DNA of 64,000 nt from an uncultured Micavibrio sp. (GTDB taxonomy: Bacteria > Pseudomonadota > Alphaproteobacteria > Micavibrionales > UBA1664): NCBI GenBank assembly GCA_964531715.1, contig CAZHEE010000006.1, forward strand, positions 9,306-73,305, given 5' to 3'. Below the pieces are notes generated by a model. It was not told where the DNA came from and made no database searches. It saw nothing but the letters and a program-made list of their open reading frames with translations. Positions within the stretch are counted from its first letter, which is position 1. Each line of letters begins with the position of its first letter. A program made the position numbers and the translations under genes. This document shows positions 39,172 through 47,648 of this stretch, one piece after another.

Positions 39172-40872
39172 TTGCAGGGCTTAAAGCCAGTTAAAATATT
39201 ATTTTTATGCCTTATCATGATGGTGGTTTGGGTCAGTGCGTATGCGCAAACTTTACCGAACACGGTTAATATTACACGCAATCAGGTTTTCCCCTCCGAT
39301 ATCTTACCACAGGACGAGAGTCCTCTTACCGCGCAACGGCAGCGGCAAATTGAGCTTCTGCAGGTTCCTGAAGGGTTTGATGATATTACATTCTTGCTTC
39401 AGGCTGTTGTGATTGAAGGCAATATTACCGCTTACTCTATTGAAGAGTTAAATGCAATTTACTTTCCTTATATCGGTGGAGAGCGTGTGCCGGTATCCAT
39501 ATTATGGGAGATTGCGAATAAAATTACGGAAAAATATCAACAAGATGGCTATTTCCTCTCACGCGCCTTTGTCCCTGAGCAGGTCATCGGAGAGGGGCTC
39601 GCCCGTATCAGGGTAGTAGAGGGTTTTATCGGTGAAATTTCAATCGATAGTGACGTCGGTTCGCCTGATAATCCTGTCATTGAACAACTGAAACAAAGGC
39701 TAACAGACCAAAAACCGATTCAGTTTAAGACGTTGGAATCTGTCTTGCTCAGGCTCAATGATTTGCCCGGTTATGATTTTCAGTCTACGCTCAAATCACT
39801 TGATAATGCGCAACCAGGCGCGGTTGCGCTGGCCTTACAAGCGACAAAAGAACCTTCAGCAACCAGAATATTTGTAAATAATCATGCATCCAGATTTACG
39901 GGGCCACATCGTACAGGCTTTGCCACATCATTTAATCTGCGCCCGTTGCATCAATCATACCTTTCTGTAACGTCCAGTCTGCCGAAAGGGGAGGAAGTCC
40001 ACTCCCTCGCATATACCCACGATTATCAATTTCATCCCGATTTCGGATTAAGCCTCTCAACAGCTTACACAGGTTCCGAACCGGGTTATACGCTTGCGCC
40101 GAATGAGCTTGAAAGCCGTTCTCTGTCCCTTGATTTCGGTTTAAATTGGTATGCGGTCAAGCAACGTAATAAGGAATTAACGGCAGGCATAGAATTCAGC
40201 GCGCAAGATATTAAGACCGATATTTTAGGAACAACCTTTGTACGCGATAATATTCGGACATTAGCCTTAAAATTAGATTATAGAGGGTTCGATTTTCTCA
40301 AAGGCTATAACATTGCGAATGCTAAAATTACAAGAGGTGTCAAATTTTTAGGAAGCAGTGAGCAAGGCGATCCGAACCTGTCCCGTAATAATGCAAAACC
40401 CGATTTCACAAAATTGAACTTAAGCTGGTTTCGGCAAATGCCAGTTTATAAAGGATTTGTTTTATCCACATCCTTTGCGGCACAAAAAGCCTCCGGTCCG
40501 CTCTATTCATCCGAGGAATTTGGCTTTGGCGGCCCGAATAAAGGCCGCGCCTATGACCCGTCCGAGCTTCTGGGGGATGAGGGTGTGACCGCCAGTATCG
40601 AGGCCATATATACAGGATTAAAAAAATTCAAAAATTTTAAATTTAATCCTTATTTTTTCTATGATATCGGGAAAATCTGGAATAAGGATACTGGGCAGGA
40701 AAACCATGCCTCCGCTGCAACAACAGGGTTTGGCTTACGGTTATTTCATGATTCAGGCTTTAAGGCGGATTTGAGCATTGCTCAACCTCTGACAAGATCA
40801 ATCTCCAACCCGATTTATGGTCAGGATGATGATTCTCCGCGTATTTACTTCCAGATTTCTTATGATTTTTGA
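39172..40872 (+). CDS. ShlB/FhaC/HecB family two-partner secretion transporter (TpsB)
   Basis: POTRA motif YQQDGYFLSRAFVPEQ..VVEG, GG..GRAY loop, FYDIG and C-terminal Phe. Confidence 0.92.
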   Translation: MQGLKPVKILFLCLIMMVVWVSAYAQTLPNTVNITRNQVFPSDILPQDESPLTAQRQRQIELLQVPEGFDDITFLLQAVVIEGNITAYSIEELNAIYFPYIGGERVPVSILWEIANKITEKYQQDGYFLSRAFVPEQVIGEGLARIRVVEGFIGEISIDSDVGSPDNPVIEQLKQRLTDQKPIQFKTLESVLLRLNDLPGYDFQSTLKSLDNAQPGAVALALQATKEPSATRIFVNNHASRFTGPHRTGFATSFNLRPLHQSYLSVTSSLPKGEEVHSLAYTHDYQFHPDFGLSLSTAYTGSEPGYTLAPNELESRSLSLDFGLNWYAVKQRNKELTAGIEFSAQDIKTDILGTTFVRDNIRTLALKLDYRGFDFLKGYNIANAKITRGVKFLGSSEQGDPNLSRNNAKPDFTKLNLSWFRQMPVYKGFVLSTSFAAQKASGPLYSSEEFGFGGPNKGRAYDPSELLGDEGVTASIEAIYTGLKKFKNFKFNPYFFYDIGKIWNKDTGQENHASAATTGFGLRLFHDSGFKADLSIAQPLTRSISNPIYGQDDDSPRIYFQISYDF

Positions 40873-40893
40873 TAAATTCACATTACCAAATTT

Positions 40894-41057
40894 CGTCATT
40901 GCACGTTTTAACTGAAAGAAAAATACGTGTAATCCAGTTTTATAATTTTACCGCAGATGAGCACAGATAAACGCAGATATAACCTCTGTGTTCTCTGTGT
41001 CCTCAGTGGAAAAAAAAGATAATCAGGTCTATCCAATCGCTTCGCTTAAGGGATGTC
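40894..41057. repeat. Composite repeat: GTCA-REP arms enclosing CAGAT/CTCTGTG short repeats
   Basis: cGTCATTGCACG..CGTGTAATCC, then CGCAGATGAGCACAGATAAACGCAGAT and CTCTGTGTTCTCTGTGTCCTCAGTGG, then a degenerate right arm ..GGGATGTC. Confidence 0.55.
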
Positions 41058-41095
41058 ACTCAATTCTTGATTCACTTCGCATTAAAAACTAAAGC

Positions 41096-41317
41096 CTACC
41101 GCTCCCCAATGAGAACCTCGCGTTTTCCGGTTGCGGATGCGGGGGAGACGACACCTTGTGCCTCCATTTCTTCCATGATACGTGCGGCGCGATTATAGCC
41201 GATTTGCAGGTGCCTTTGGATGAAACTGGTTGAGGCCTTGCCTTCGCGTGCGACCACCGCCACCGCCTGGTCATAGAGCTCATCCACTTTTTCACCATCA
41301 CTGTCACCGCCGAACAT
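41096..41317 (-). CDS. Stand-alone FtsK gamma (KOPS-binding winged-helix) domain, or ftsK 3' remnant
   Basis: DELYDQAVAVVAREGKASTSFIQRHLQIGYNRAARIMEEMEAQGVVS..GKREVL is the FtsK C-terminal gamma domain. An in-frame stop 10 codons upstream of the ATG excludes a motor domain. Confidence 0.8.
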   Translation of the reverse strand: MFGGDSDGEKVDELYDQAVAVVAREGKASTSFIQRHLQIGYNRAARIMEEMEAQGVVSPASATGKREVLIGER

Positions 41318-41359
41318 ATCAAAAATTCCGTTGGCGACTCTATCTCAGAAAATAAGGAA

Positions 41360-41435
41360 TGGTGGACTCGATCGGTCTCGAACCGACGACCTCTACAATG
41401 CCATTGTAGCGCTCTACCAACTGAGCTACGAGCCC
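41360..41435 (-). tRNA. tRNA-Ala (GGC)
   Basis: GGGCTCGTAGCTCAGTTGGTAGAGCGCTACAATGGCATTGTAGAGGTCGTCGGTTCGAGACCGATCGAGTCCACCA: cloverleaf, G3:U70 pair, GGC anticodon and encoded CCA. Confidence 0.97.
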
Positions 41436-41495
41436 CTTTAATTTTAAAACTTTTTAAAGTGAATGCTTGTTAAAAGCAAGTGGAATTATTTACCT

Positions 41496-42110
41496 TCAAA
41501 ACAACGAATGACCGATAAGATCGCGATTTAAATTATCAATCTCTTCCCGCAACTCACCTAAAGAATAAAGGGCAGGCGGCATTTTTTTACCGGCAATGTA
41601 AAAAGTGGGCAGATTATGAATACCAAGTACCCTTGCATAATTATGATAGAGTTTTGCCTCATCCAACACAGATTGTGCCCTTGACCGCGTTATCAGGTCA
41701 CTATAATCGACCCCAAGCGCATTTATTCTGCTTTCAATAATATCCATATTTTTTTCATTGAGTGATAAGAGCAGATTATTGACTGTTAAAAATTGCCTTT
41801 GCTCTTTGGCAGCAATTGCCAGATTGACCAGTTCTTCATGTTGCCTCATTTTTTGTGTGACGGGTAATATATGAATCTTTATTTCTGAATCCGCGGCTGC
41901 AAGATTTGTCAGGACAGGGATTAAATGACGGGACTCAACAGTCTCATAATCAATAAAAGCCAGAATAGTCGTCTCGGCGTTTTGATTGCCGATAACCATG
42001 CGAGGGTCAGCGTTATCATTAATATAATGAATAACAAAGCGATAACCGACGAGGATATAAGCCAAATAGGCAAGCCCGATAAAAAAGAGAATGCCTATAA
42101 GCTTACTCAT
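41496..42110 (-). CDS. Membrane-anchored DsbA-like thioredoxin-fold protein lacking CxxC
   Basis: N-terminal TM segment. GNQNAETTILAFIDYETVES aligns with the neighbour's GNPDGDVTMVEFFDYNCGYC; the cis-Pro loop LPTFYI is retained. Confidence 0.7.
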   Translation of the reverse strand: MSKLIGILFFIGLAYLAYILVGYRFVIHYINDNADPRMVIGNQNAETTILAFIDYETVESRHLIPVLTNLAAADSEIKIHILPVTQKMRQHEELVNLAIAAKEQRQFLTVNNLLLSLNEKNMDIIESRINALGVDYSDLITRSRAQSVLDEAKLYHNYARVLGIHNLPTFYIAGKKMPPALYSLGELREEIDNLNRDLIGHSLF

Positions 42111-42116
42111 CTCAAA

Positions 42117-42845
42117 TCAGGCCTCTTCGCGTGCGGCGGAGACGGCCTGTCGCATTGTATCCAGCCCGATATAACCGCCATACAGCTCCCCATCAATAAT
42201 GAAGGCAGGTGTACCGTTAATGCCCATTTCTGCGCCCTTACTGGTTTTTTCATCCAGTTGGCTCATGACTTTATCGCCTTTTGCATCCTGTTTCATCTGC
42301 TCAACATCAAGCCCGATTTTCTCGGCCATGTCGCTTAGAACGCTTTCGTTGATCATGCCGCGATGTTCCATCAGCGCGATATGATATTCCAGATAGGCAT
42401 CTTGTTCCTTCGCGGCCATTGCCCAGCGCGCGGCAAGTTGTGAAGAGGGGCCCAAAATCGGCATTTCAACAAAAACGACTTTCAGGTTTTTATCCTCCTC
42501 AATCAATGTCATCACATCATCTAAAGCCTTCTTGCAATAGCCACAATTATAGTCAAAAAATTCAACCATTGTGACATCGCCATCGGGGTTTCCGGCAATG
42601 GGGAGCATATCGTTATTTTCAAGCCAACCAAGATGTTCCTTCACTGCCTCCTGCCTTGCGCGGATATCGGCGGCTTGCTGTTCTCGCCCATAAGATTCAA
42701 CCGCGTCCAATATCACTTCAGGGTTGTCTTTGATAAATTCCTTTATAATGCCCTGAACATCTTCCTTCGTCATATCCTGAGCAAACGCGCCATTGGGAAA
42801 CGATAATCCACCCAATAGTGCCAATGTTAAAACCGTTTTTTTCAT
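42117..42845 (-). CDS. DsbA-family (ScsC/Com1-like) oxidoreductase
   Basis: Signal peptide, IKEFIKDNPEVI, FFDYNCGYC and GINGTPAFII. Confidence 0.92.
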   Translation of the reverse strand: MKKTVLTLALLGGLSFPNGAFAQDMTKEDVQGIIKEFIKDNPEVILDAVESYGREQQAADIRARQEAVKEHLGWLENNDMLPIAGNPDGDVTMVEFFDYNCGYCKKALDDVMTLIEEDKNLKVVFVEMPILGPSSQLAARWAMAAKEQDAYLEYHIALMEHRGMINESVLSDMAEKIGLDVEQMKQDAKGDKVMSQLDEKTSKGAEMGINGTPAFIIDGELYGGYIGLDTMRQAVSAAREEA

Positions 42846-42886
42846 GTCTCTATAATCCTTTTTTCTTTCATGATTTTGACTGAATT

Positions 42887-44209
42887 TTATCCCTTCGGCA
42901 AGCTATCCAGATATTTTTGTAAATCTTGCGCCTTAACCGCCAGAGTATCATCAAGAGTATCATCCGCCAAAGCAAGTGAAAGCAAACGTTTCGCCTCTGC
43001 CCTATTACCAAGCATCGCGGCCTCCTCTGCCAGATAATAGCGCGCATCCGCTTCCCGGTCGTTGCGCCCCTTTACAGTTGCCAACAAGCGATAAATATAG
43101 GATTCATTTTTGTTATAGGCGAGGGCGGAAAGCAATAAATTCTCAACCTCCAGCCCATAATCACCAAGCCCTGTGAGCACTTGCGCGAGGTTTGCCTTCA
43201 CGAGTGGGGCAGGCGTATCATAAGCCGCCAACGATTCCTCATAGATTACCCGCGCCTTTTCAAGCTGACCTGAATCCCGATATGTCTGGGCTTTCATTTC
43301 CAAAATGGCGGGATTGTTCGGCTCTTTTACAAGGATTGCATTAAACAACTCAATCGCCTGATCATAATCTTTTTGCCTGTAATGCATGATGGCATGGGCA
43401 TAAAGGTCGGGGATGGTCTCACTGTTGCTATCATAATATCGTTGAACCATATGTGGTTCACGGAAAGCCCTCAATTTTGCTTTCACACGGTCAAAGGTAG
43501 CTTGTTTACCTGTTTCACCCAATTCAATTTCTACCTCGGCTTGAGAAGCGCCTTGTCGCATTGCCTCAATACGGTCACGGGTCAAAGGGTGCGTGCGCAT
43601 ATAGGCATTTTGACGTGCGGCAGGGAGCAGCTCATCCTTTTGAAGTTTTTCAAGAAATGTCACAAGCCCATTCGGATTAATATCGGCATCAATCAAATAG
43701 CGGAGCGCGGCCTGATCTGCCGCTGATTCTTGCGTGCGCGAGTGGCTTAAAAATCCGCCCGTTGCCGCGCCCGAACCGCCGAGGGTGACTGCCGTTGCGG
43801 CGCCGCCTTCACCGGTTGCAATCGCCGCACCAACCCCTGCCACCGCGGCGAAGATGGATTGATAGGTTGCACGATCTGCCGCGCGGCGTTTCTCAATCAA
43901 ATGCCCTGCCTGAATATGGCCAAGCTCATGCGCGATCACGCCGATAATCTCTTCCGGATAATCCGCGGCCTGTATCAACCCTGCAAAAATAAAGATATTG
44001 GCGCCGCCTGCAACAAAGGCATTTACTTCACTGCTGTCAACCAGAATAATATCGACCTGATCCGCGTTCATCCCCGCCGCCTGATAGATGGGCTCGGCCC
44101 ATGTCTCAAGCACGGCCTCAATTTCAGTGTCGCGAATGACAGCCATAGCACGCGCTTGGAGGCTTATACTCATTAAAAGCATGATTGTGAAAAACAGCTT
44201 ATATTTCAT
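42887..44209 (-). CDS. M48 family metalloprotease with TPR repeats (BepA-like)
   Basis: Motifs IRDTEIE, VNAFV.GG, AHELGH, QESAAD and THP...R, with TPR-like C-terminus. Confidence 0.92.
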   Translation of the reverse strand: MKYKLFFTIMLLMSISLQARAMAVIRDTEIEAVLETWAEPIYQAAGMNADQVDIILVDSSEVNAFVAGGANIFIFAGLIQAADYPEEIIGVIAHELGHIQAGHLIEKRRAADRATYQSIFAAVAGVGAAIATGEGGAATAVTLGGSGAATGGFLSHSRTQESAADQAALRYLIDADINPNGLVTFLEKLQKDELLPAARQNAYMRTHPLTRDRIEAMRQGASQAEVEIELGETGKQATFDRVKAKLRAFREPHMVQRYYDSNSETIPDLYAHAIMHYRQKDYDQAIELFNAILVKEPNNPAILEMKAQTYRDSGQLEKARVIYEESLAAYDTPAPLVKANLAQVLTGLGDYGLEVENLLLSALAYNKNESYIYRLLATVKGRNDREADARYYLAEEAAMLGNRAEAKRLLSLALADDTLDDTLAVKAQDLQKYLDSLPKG

Positions 44210-44272
44210 TGTAAACGACTATAGTCAAAAATTACGGTGAAAGAAGGGCAAAACTGCTTTAAAGTACTTCTC

Positions 44273-44956
44273 ATGACAGATGATAAAAAAACCAGCGGGC
44301 GGAAAACCGTTCGGGACAAGGCGGTGCGTGTGAAAACCGCGCGTGGGCGGAAGAACAGCTCGACCCGCTGGCTTCAACGACAGCTTAATGATCCTTATGT
44401 GCGCGATGCTCAACGCTTGGGCTACAAATCCCGTGCAGCCTTTAAGCTGGCGGAGCTTGATGATCAGCTCAAGCTGATTAAACCCGGAACGGTTGCGGTC
44501 GATTTGGGCGCCGCGCCCGGCGGATGGTGTCAAATTCTCGCCGAGCGGAAGGCCTCTCATATTGTAGCCATTGACCTTATCGAAGTGACGGATATCCCTG
44601 ATATATCCTTTATCCAGATGGATTTCACCGATAATGATGCCCCTGATAAATTGATAGACATGTTGGACGGCAAACGCCCCAATCTTGTGCTATCCGACAT
44701 GGCGCCCAATACGGTTGGACATCCAAAGACGGATCATTTGCGGACAATGGCTTTGGTTGAATTGGCATGGGATTTCGCGCTCAATACGCTTGCAGAAGGC
44801 GGGCATTTTGTTGCCAAAGTCTTTCAGGGGGGAACGGGGAGCGAGCTGCTCAATCAAATAAAACATCATTTTGAAACGGTCAAACATGTCAAACCAAAGG
44901 CAAGCCGCAAAACCTCGCCCGAGACTTATCTTGTCGCCATGAATTTTAAAAGATGA
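44273..44956 (+). CDS. rlmE: 23S rRNA Um2552 methyltransferase
   Basis: Motifs WLQRQLNDPY, YKSRAAFKL, DLGAAPGGW, SDMAP and KPKASR..S.E.Y. Confidence 0.95.
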   Translation: MTDDKKTSGRKTVRDKAVRVKTARGRKNSSTRWLQRQLNDPYVRDAQRLGYKSRAAFKLAELDDQLKLIKPGTVAVDLGAAPGGWCQILAERKASHIVAIDLIEVTDIPDISFIQMDFTDNDAPDKLIDMLDGKRPNLVLSDMAPNTVGHPKTDHLRTMALVELAWDFALNTLAEGGHFVAKVFQGGTGSELLNQIKHHFETVKHVKPKASRKTSPETYLVAMNFKR

Positions 44957-45486
44957 GTATTCGCGCAATAACAGAAAATGATATTGAGCAAATTGCGGAG
45001 CTTCACCGCCTGTCACGCCGCGAATCGGAAAATGGCATTATCCGCGATAGCGACCTTGACCGCAAAAGTCATGCGGATTTTGTTCATAACTGGCAAGACT
45101 GGCTGTCCGATAATGAGATTTACAAAATTTGTTTTGAAGATAATGGGGTTCTTAAAGGCTTCTCGCTCTTTGGTCGTGTAAAAACACGCCCGGCCTTTGA
45201 CCGGGGTGTTGTGCCGAAATTCGGCGCAGAGATTTATGCGCTTTACGTCCATCCCGATTATTTCAGGCAAGGCGTCGGCAAAGCGTTATTCTCAGAGACT
45301 TGCAGGTTATTACAAGACCAAAAACATTATGGACTTATTTTATGGGCTTTAAAAAAGAACCAACCTGCGCAAGCTTTCTATACCTCATTGAATGGTGAGA
45401 AGGTCGGGAAACAGCGTGTTGATATCGGCGAATCAAGCTGGGCAGAAGAAAGTTGCTTTGCTTGGAAGGATATACGGCTCCTATAA
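44953..45486 (+). CDS. GNAT family N-acetyltransferase
   Basis: Motifs EIYALYVHPDYFRQGVGKALF and N..AQAFY. Confidence 0.9.
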   Translation: MSIRAITENDIEQIAELHRLSRRESENGIIRDSDLDRKSHADFVHNWQDWLSDNEIYKICFEDNGVLKGFSLFGRVKTRPAFDRGVVPKFGAEIYALYVHPDYFRQGVGKALFSETCRLLQDQKHYGLILWALKKNQPAQAFYTSLNGEKVGKQRVDIGESSWAEESCFAWKDIRLL

Positions 45487-45487
45487 A

Positions 45488-45655
45488 CGTCATTGCCTGA
45501 AATTCTATAGAGATCCTAAGGCAATCCCTTCACGATTTTTTTTAATTGCAGAGTTAGAGAGTAGAAGGAGTTTATTTGTATAAACTCTGTGATCTCTGTG
45601 GTGAAAACATAACTTTAAGATATTGTAGATTGCAGGAACAAATCCTGCAATGACG
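45488..45655. repeat. GTCA-REP inverted pair enclosing a CAGAG/CTCTGTG-type repeat
   Basis: Left arm cGTCATTGCC..GGCAATC, right arm GATTGCAGG..CCTGCAATGACg, inner CTCTGTGATCTCTGTGGTGAAA. Confidence 0.65.
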
Positions 45656-45769
45656 ATTAAATCTAAAGAATTGTTGCAAAAATGCAACATATTATGGGTG
45701 AATATGGCATTTTTTGGCTTTATGGGTTTGACCTCGCCATAAGAATGGCTAAATATTACCCCAATTCGT

Positions 45770-45785
45770 TTAACGAATATTTAAC
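45770..45785 (+). promoter_or_regulatory. CtrA-binding-site-like motif upstream of the porin
   Basis: TTAA-cgaatat-TTAAC, an exact TTAA-N7-TTAAC match. Confidence 0.45.
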
Positions 45786-45825
45786 AACCGATTTAATTTA
45801 AATCGTTTTTATAAAGGAAGATAAA

Positions 45826-46830
45826 ATGAAAAAACTACTTTTAACAGGTGCGGCTTTTGTTGCATTGGCGTCTTCGCCTGCAATGGCTGATGGCCTTGAC
45901 CTTGATGTTGCCGGTCACTATAAAGGTTACGGCGTATTTTTAGACACAGACGCGGATGATATTCGTGAAGTTAACTGGCGTCAGGAAACGGAAGTTCACT
46001 TCACAGGTGAAACAACATTGGATTCAGGTTTGACTGTTGGTGTTCACGTTGAAGCAGATGTCAATGACGGCGTTTCAACAGACGAAGTTTACGCTTATTT
46101 CTCAGGCGGCTGGGGTCGTCTGAATGCCGGTCGTGAAGACGGTGCCGCTTACTTGTTACAAGTTGCTGCCCCTTCTGCTGACTCTAATGTTGACGGTCTT
46201 CGTCAATACATTTCAACAGTTGGTGAGCTTGACTATGCTCAAGATATCGCTGAAGAAGCTAACAAAGCAACATATATGACACCTGTCTTTAACGGTTTCC
46301 AAGCCGGTGCTTCATATGTTTTTGCAGTTGACCCTACTTCTGAGTCATTCGGCACTACACCTGCATCAGTTGACAATGATACTGATGATGCACTTGATAA
46401 CGGTTATGAAGTAGCTGTTCGTTATGAAGGCGCCTTTGAAGGTGTTGGCCTTGCATTCGGTGCAGGTTGGGGTGACTACTCTGCTGAGACAGATGGCGAT
46501 GATGTCGAACAATGGAATGTTGGTTTAGACTTGGATTTCGCTGGTTTTGGTATCGGTGTTGCTTATTTGGAAACAGAAAGTGATGACGCTGATGTTGCAG
46601 TTGAAGAAGAGACACTTGTTGTCGGTGCTGACTACCAAATGGGTGCTTACAAGTTGGGCGCATCATGGTTGAATCAGGATGAAGCCGACCTTGACCGCTA
46701 CACAGTCGGTGCAGGTTACTCATACGGTCCGGGCATGTCTTTCCGCGGTTCAGTATCATACATTGATGGTGGTACAGGCGTACAGGAAGACTCAACACAA
46801 GTTCTTTTGGGTACACAAGTTAACTTCTAA
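45826..46830 (+). CDS. Outer-membrane porin (alphaproteobacterial general porin)
   Basis: Signal peptide, ETEVHFTGETTLDSGLTVG, YMTPVFNGFQAG.SY, C-terminal Phe and strongly biased codons. Confidence 0.9.
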   Translation: MKKLLLTGAAFVALASSPAMADGLDLDVAGHYKGYGVFLDTDADDIREVNWRQETEVHFTGETTLDSGLTVGVHVEADVNDGVSTDEVYAYFSGGWGRLNAGREDGAAYLLQVAAPSADSNVDGLRQYISTVGELDYAQDIAEEANKATYMTPVFNGFQAGASYVFAVDPTSESFGTTPASVDNDTDDALDNGYEVAVRYEGAFEGVGLAFGAGWGDYSAETDGDDVEQWNVGLDLDFAGFGIGVAYLETESDDADVAVEEETLVVGADYQMGAYKLGASWLNQDEADLDRYTVGAGYSYGPGMSFRGSVSYIDGGTGVQEDSTQVLLGTQVNF

Positions 46831-46860
46831 TCTTTTTAGAAGAAAACATATAACAGAAGA

Positions 46861-46887
46861 AGGGCAGGTTTTACCTGCCCTTTTTTT
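46861..46887 (+). terminator. Intrinsic terminator after the porin
   Basis: AGGGCAGGT-ttt-ACCTGCCCT followed by a T run. Confidence 0.85.
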
Positions 46888-46891
46888 ATTA

Positions 46892-46961
46892 TGTCATCCC
46901 GAGCGAAGTCGAGGGATCTTATATCAGATCTCTTCACTCCTTTCAGTCGGTCGAGATGACA
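46892..46961. repeat. GTCA-REP heterodimer (A+B)
   Basis: tGTCATCCCGAGCGAAGTCGAGGGATCT-tatatc-AGATCTCTTCACTCC..CGGTCGAGATGACa; inverted relative of 52221-52297. Confidence 0.8.
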
Positions 46962-47029
46962 ATTTTAAATTCAAACACAAAACCAAATAACTCTTTATTC
47001 TCGCAGGAAACATCTCTAAAATCGCATTC

Positions 47030-47647
47030 ATGACGATACATCTTTATAAGGGCGATTTGCCCGATACGCTTTCCCTCGGTCACGAAATTGCAATTGATAC
47101 GGAAACGCAAGGGCTTGACCCCCATCGTGACCGTTTATGCGTGGTTCAACTCTCGAACGGGGATGGTGATGCCCATTTGGTTCAGCTCTTTCGCGATGAT
47201 TATGCGGCCTGCCCGAATTTGAAGGCTTTGCTTACTGACCATAATATAATGAAAATTTTCCACTTTGCGCGGTTTGATGCGGCGATATTGGAAAAATATC
47301 TGGGTTGTGCGGTTAACAATATTTTCTGTACAAAAATTGCCTCAAAATTGGTGCGCACCTATACCGATCGTCACGGGCTTAAAGATTTGCTCCGCGAACT
47401 GAGCGGGGTTGAGCTGGATAAGAAACAGCAATCTTCCGACTGGGCCGCAGAAACCTTAAGCGAAGACCAAAAAATCTACGCCGCAAATGATGTTTATCAT
47501 TTGAACAAGGTGAAGGATAAACTGGTAGAGATGCTCAAACGCGAAGGGCGGCTTAAAATGGCGCAGGCTTGCTTTGATTTCCTTCCCATTCGCGCGAAAC
47601 TTGACTTGGAAGGCTGGCAAAATGTCGATATCTTCAGCCATAGCTAA
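47030..47647 (+). CDS. rnd: Ribonuclease D (short 3'-5' exonuclease)
   Basis: DEDDy motifs IDTET, KIFHFARFD, CTKIASK, QQSSDW and YAANDV. Confidence 0.88.
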   Translation: MTIHLYKGDLPDTLSLGHEIAIDTETQGLDPHRDRLCVVQLSNGDGDAHLVQLFRDDYAACPNLKALLTDHNIMKIFHFARFDAAILEKYLGCAVNNIFCTKIASKLVRTYTDRHGLKDLLRELSGVELDKKQQSSDWAAETLSEDQKIYAANDVYHLNKVKDKLVEMLKREGRLKMAQACFDFLPIRAKLDLEGWQNVDIFSHS

Positions 47648-47648
47648 C

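Noticed and set aside
40951-41009. Short periodic repeats as a CRISPR array
   Set aside because: Units are 9-10 nt with no unique spacers, and there are no cas genes in the window.
35413-41435. Prophage or integrative island at tRNA-Ala
   Set aside because: No integrase or phage genes, and I found no duplicate of the tRNA 3' end in the window.
47574-47648. Long N-terminal extensions or overlaps in the ORF track (kdsD; likewise lptC, lptA, rlmE, the HAD at 27552 and rpmI)
   Set aside because: These are artefacts of choosing the most upstream start; downstream ATGs fit family lengths and operon spacing better.
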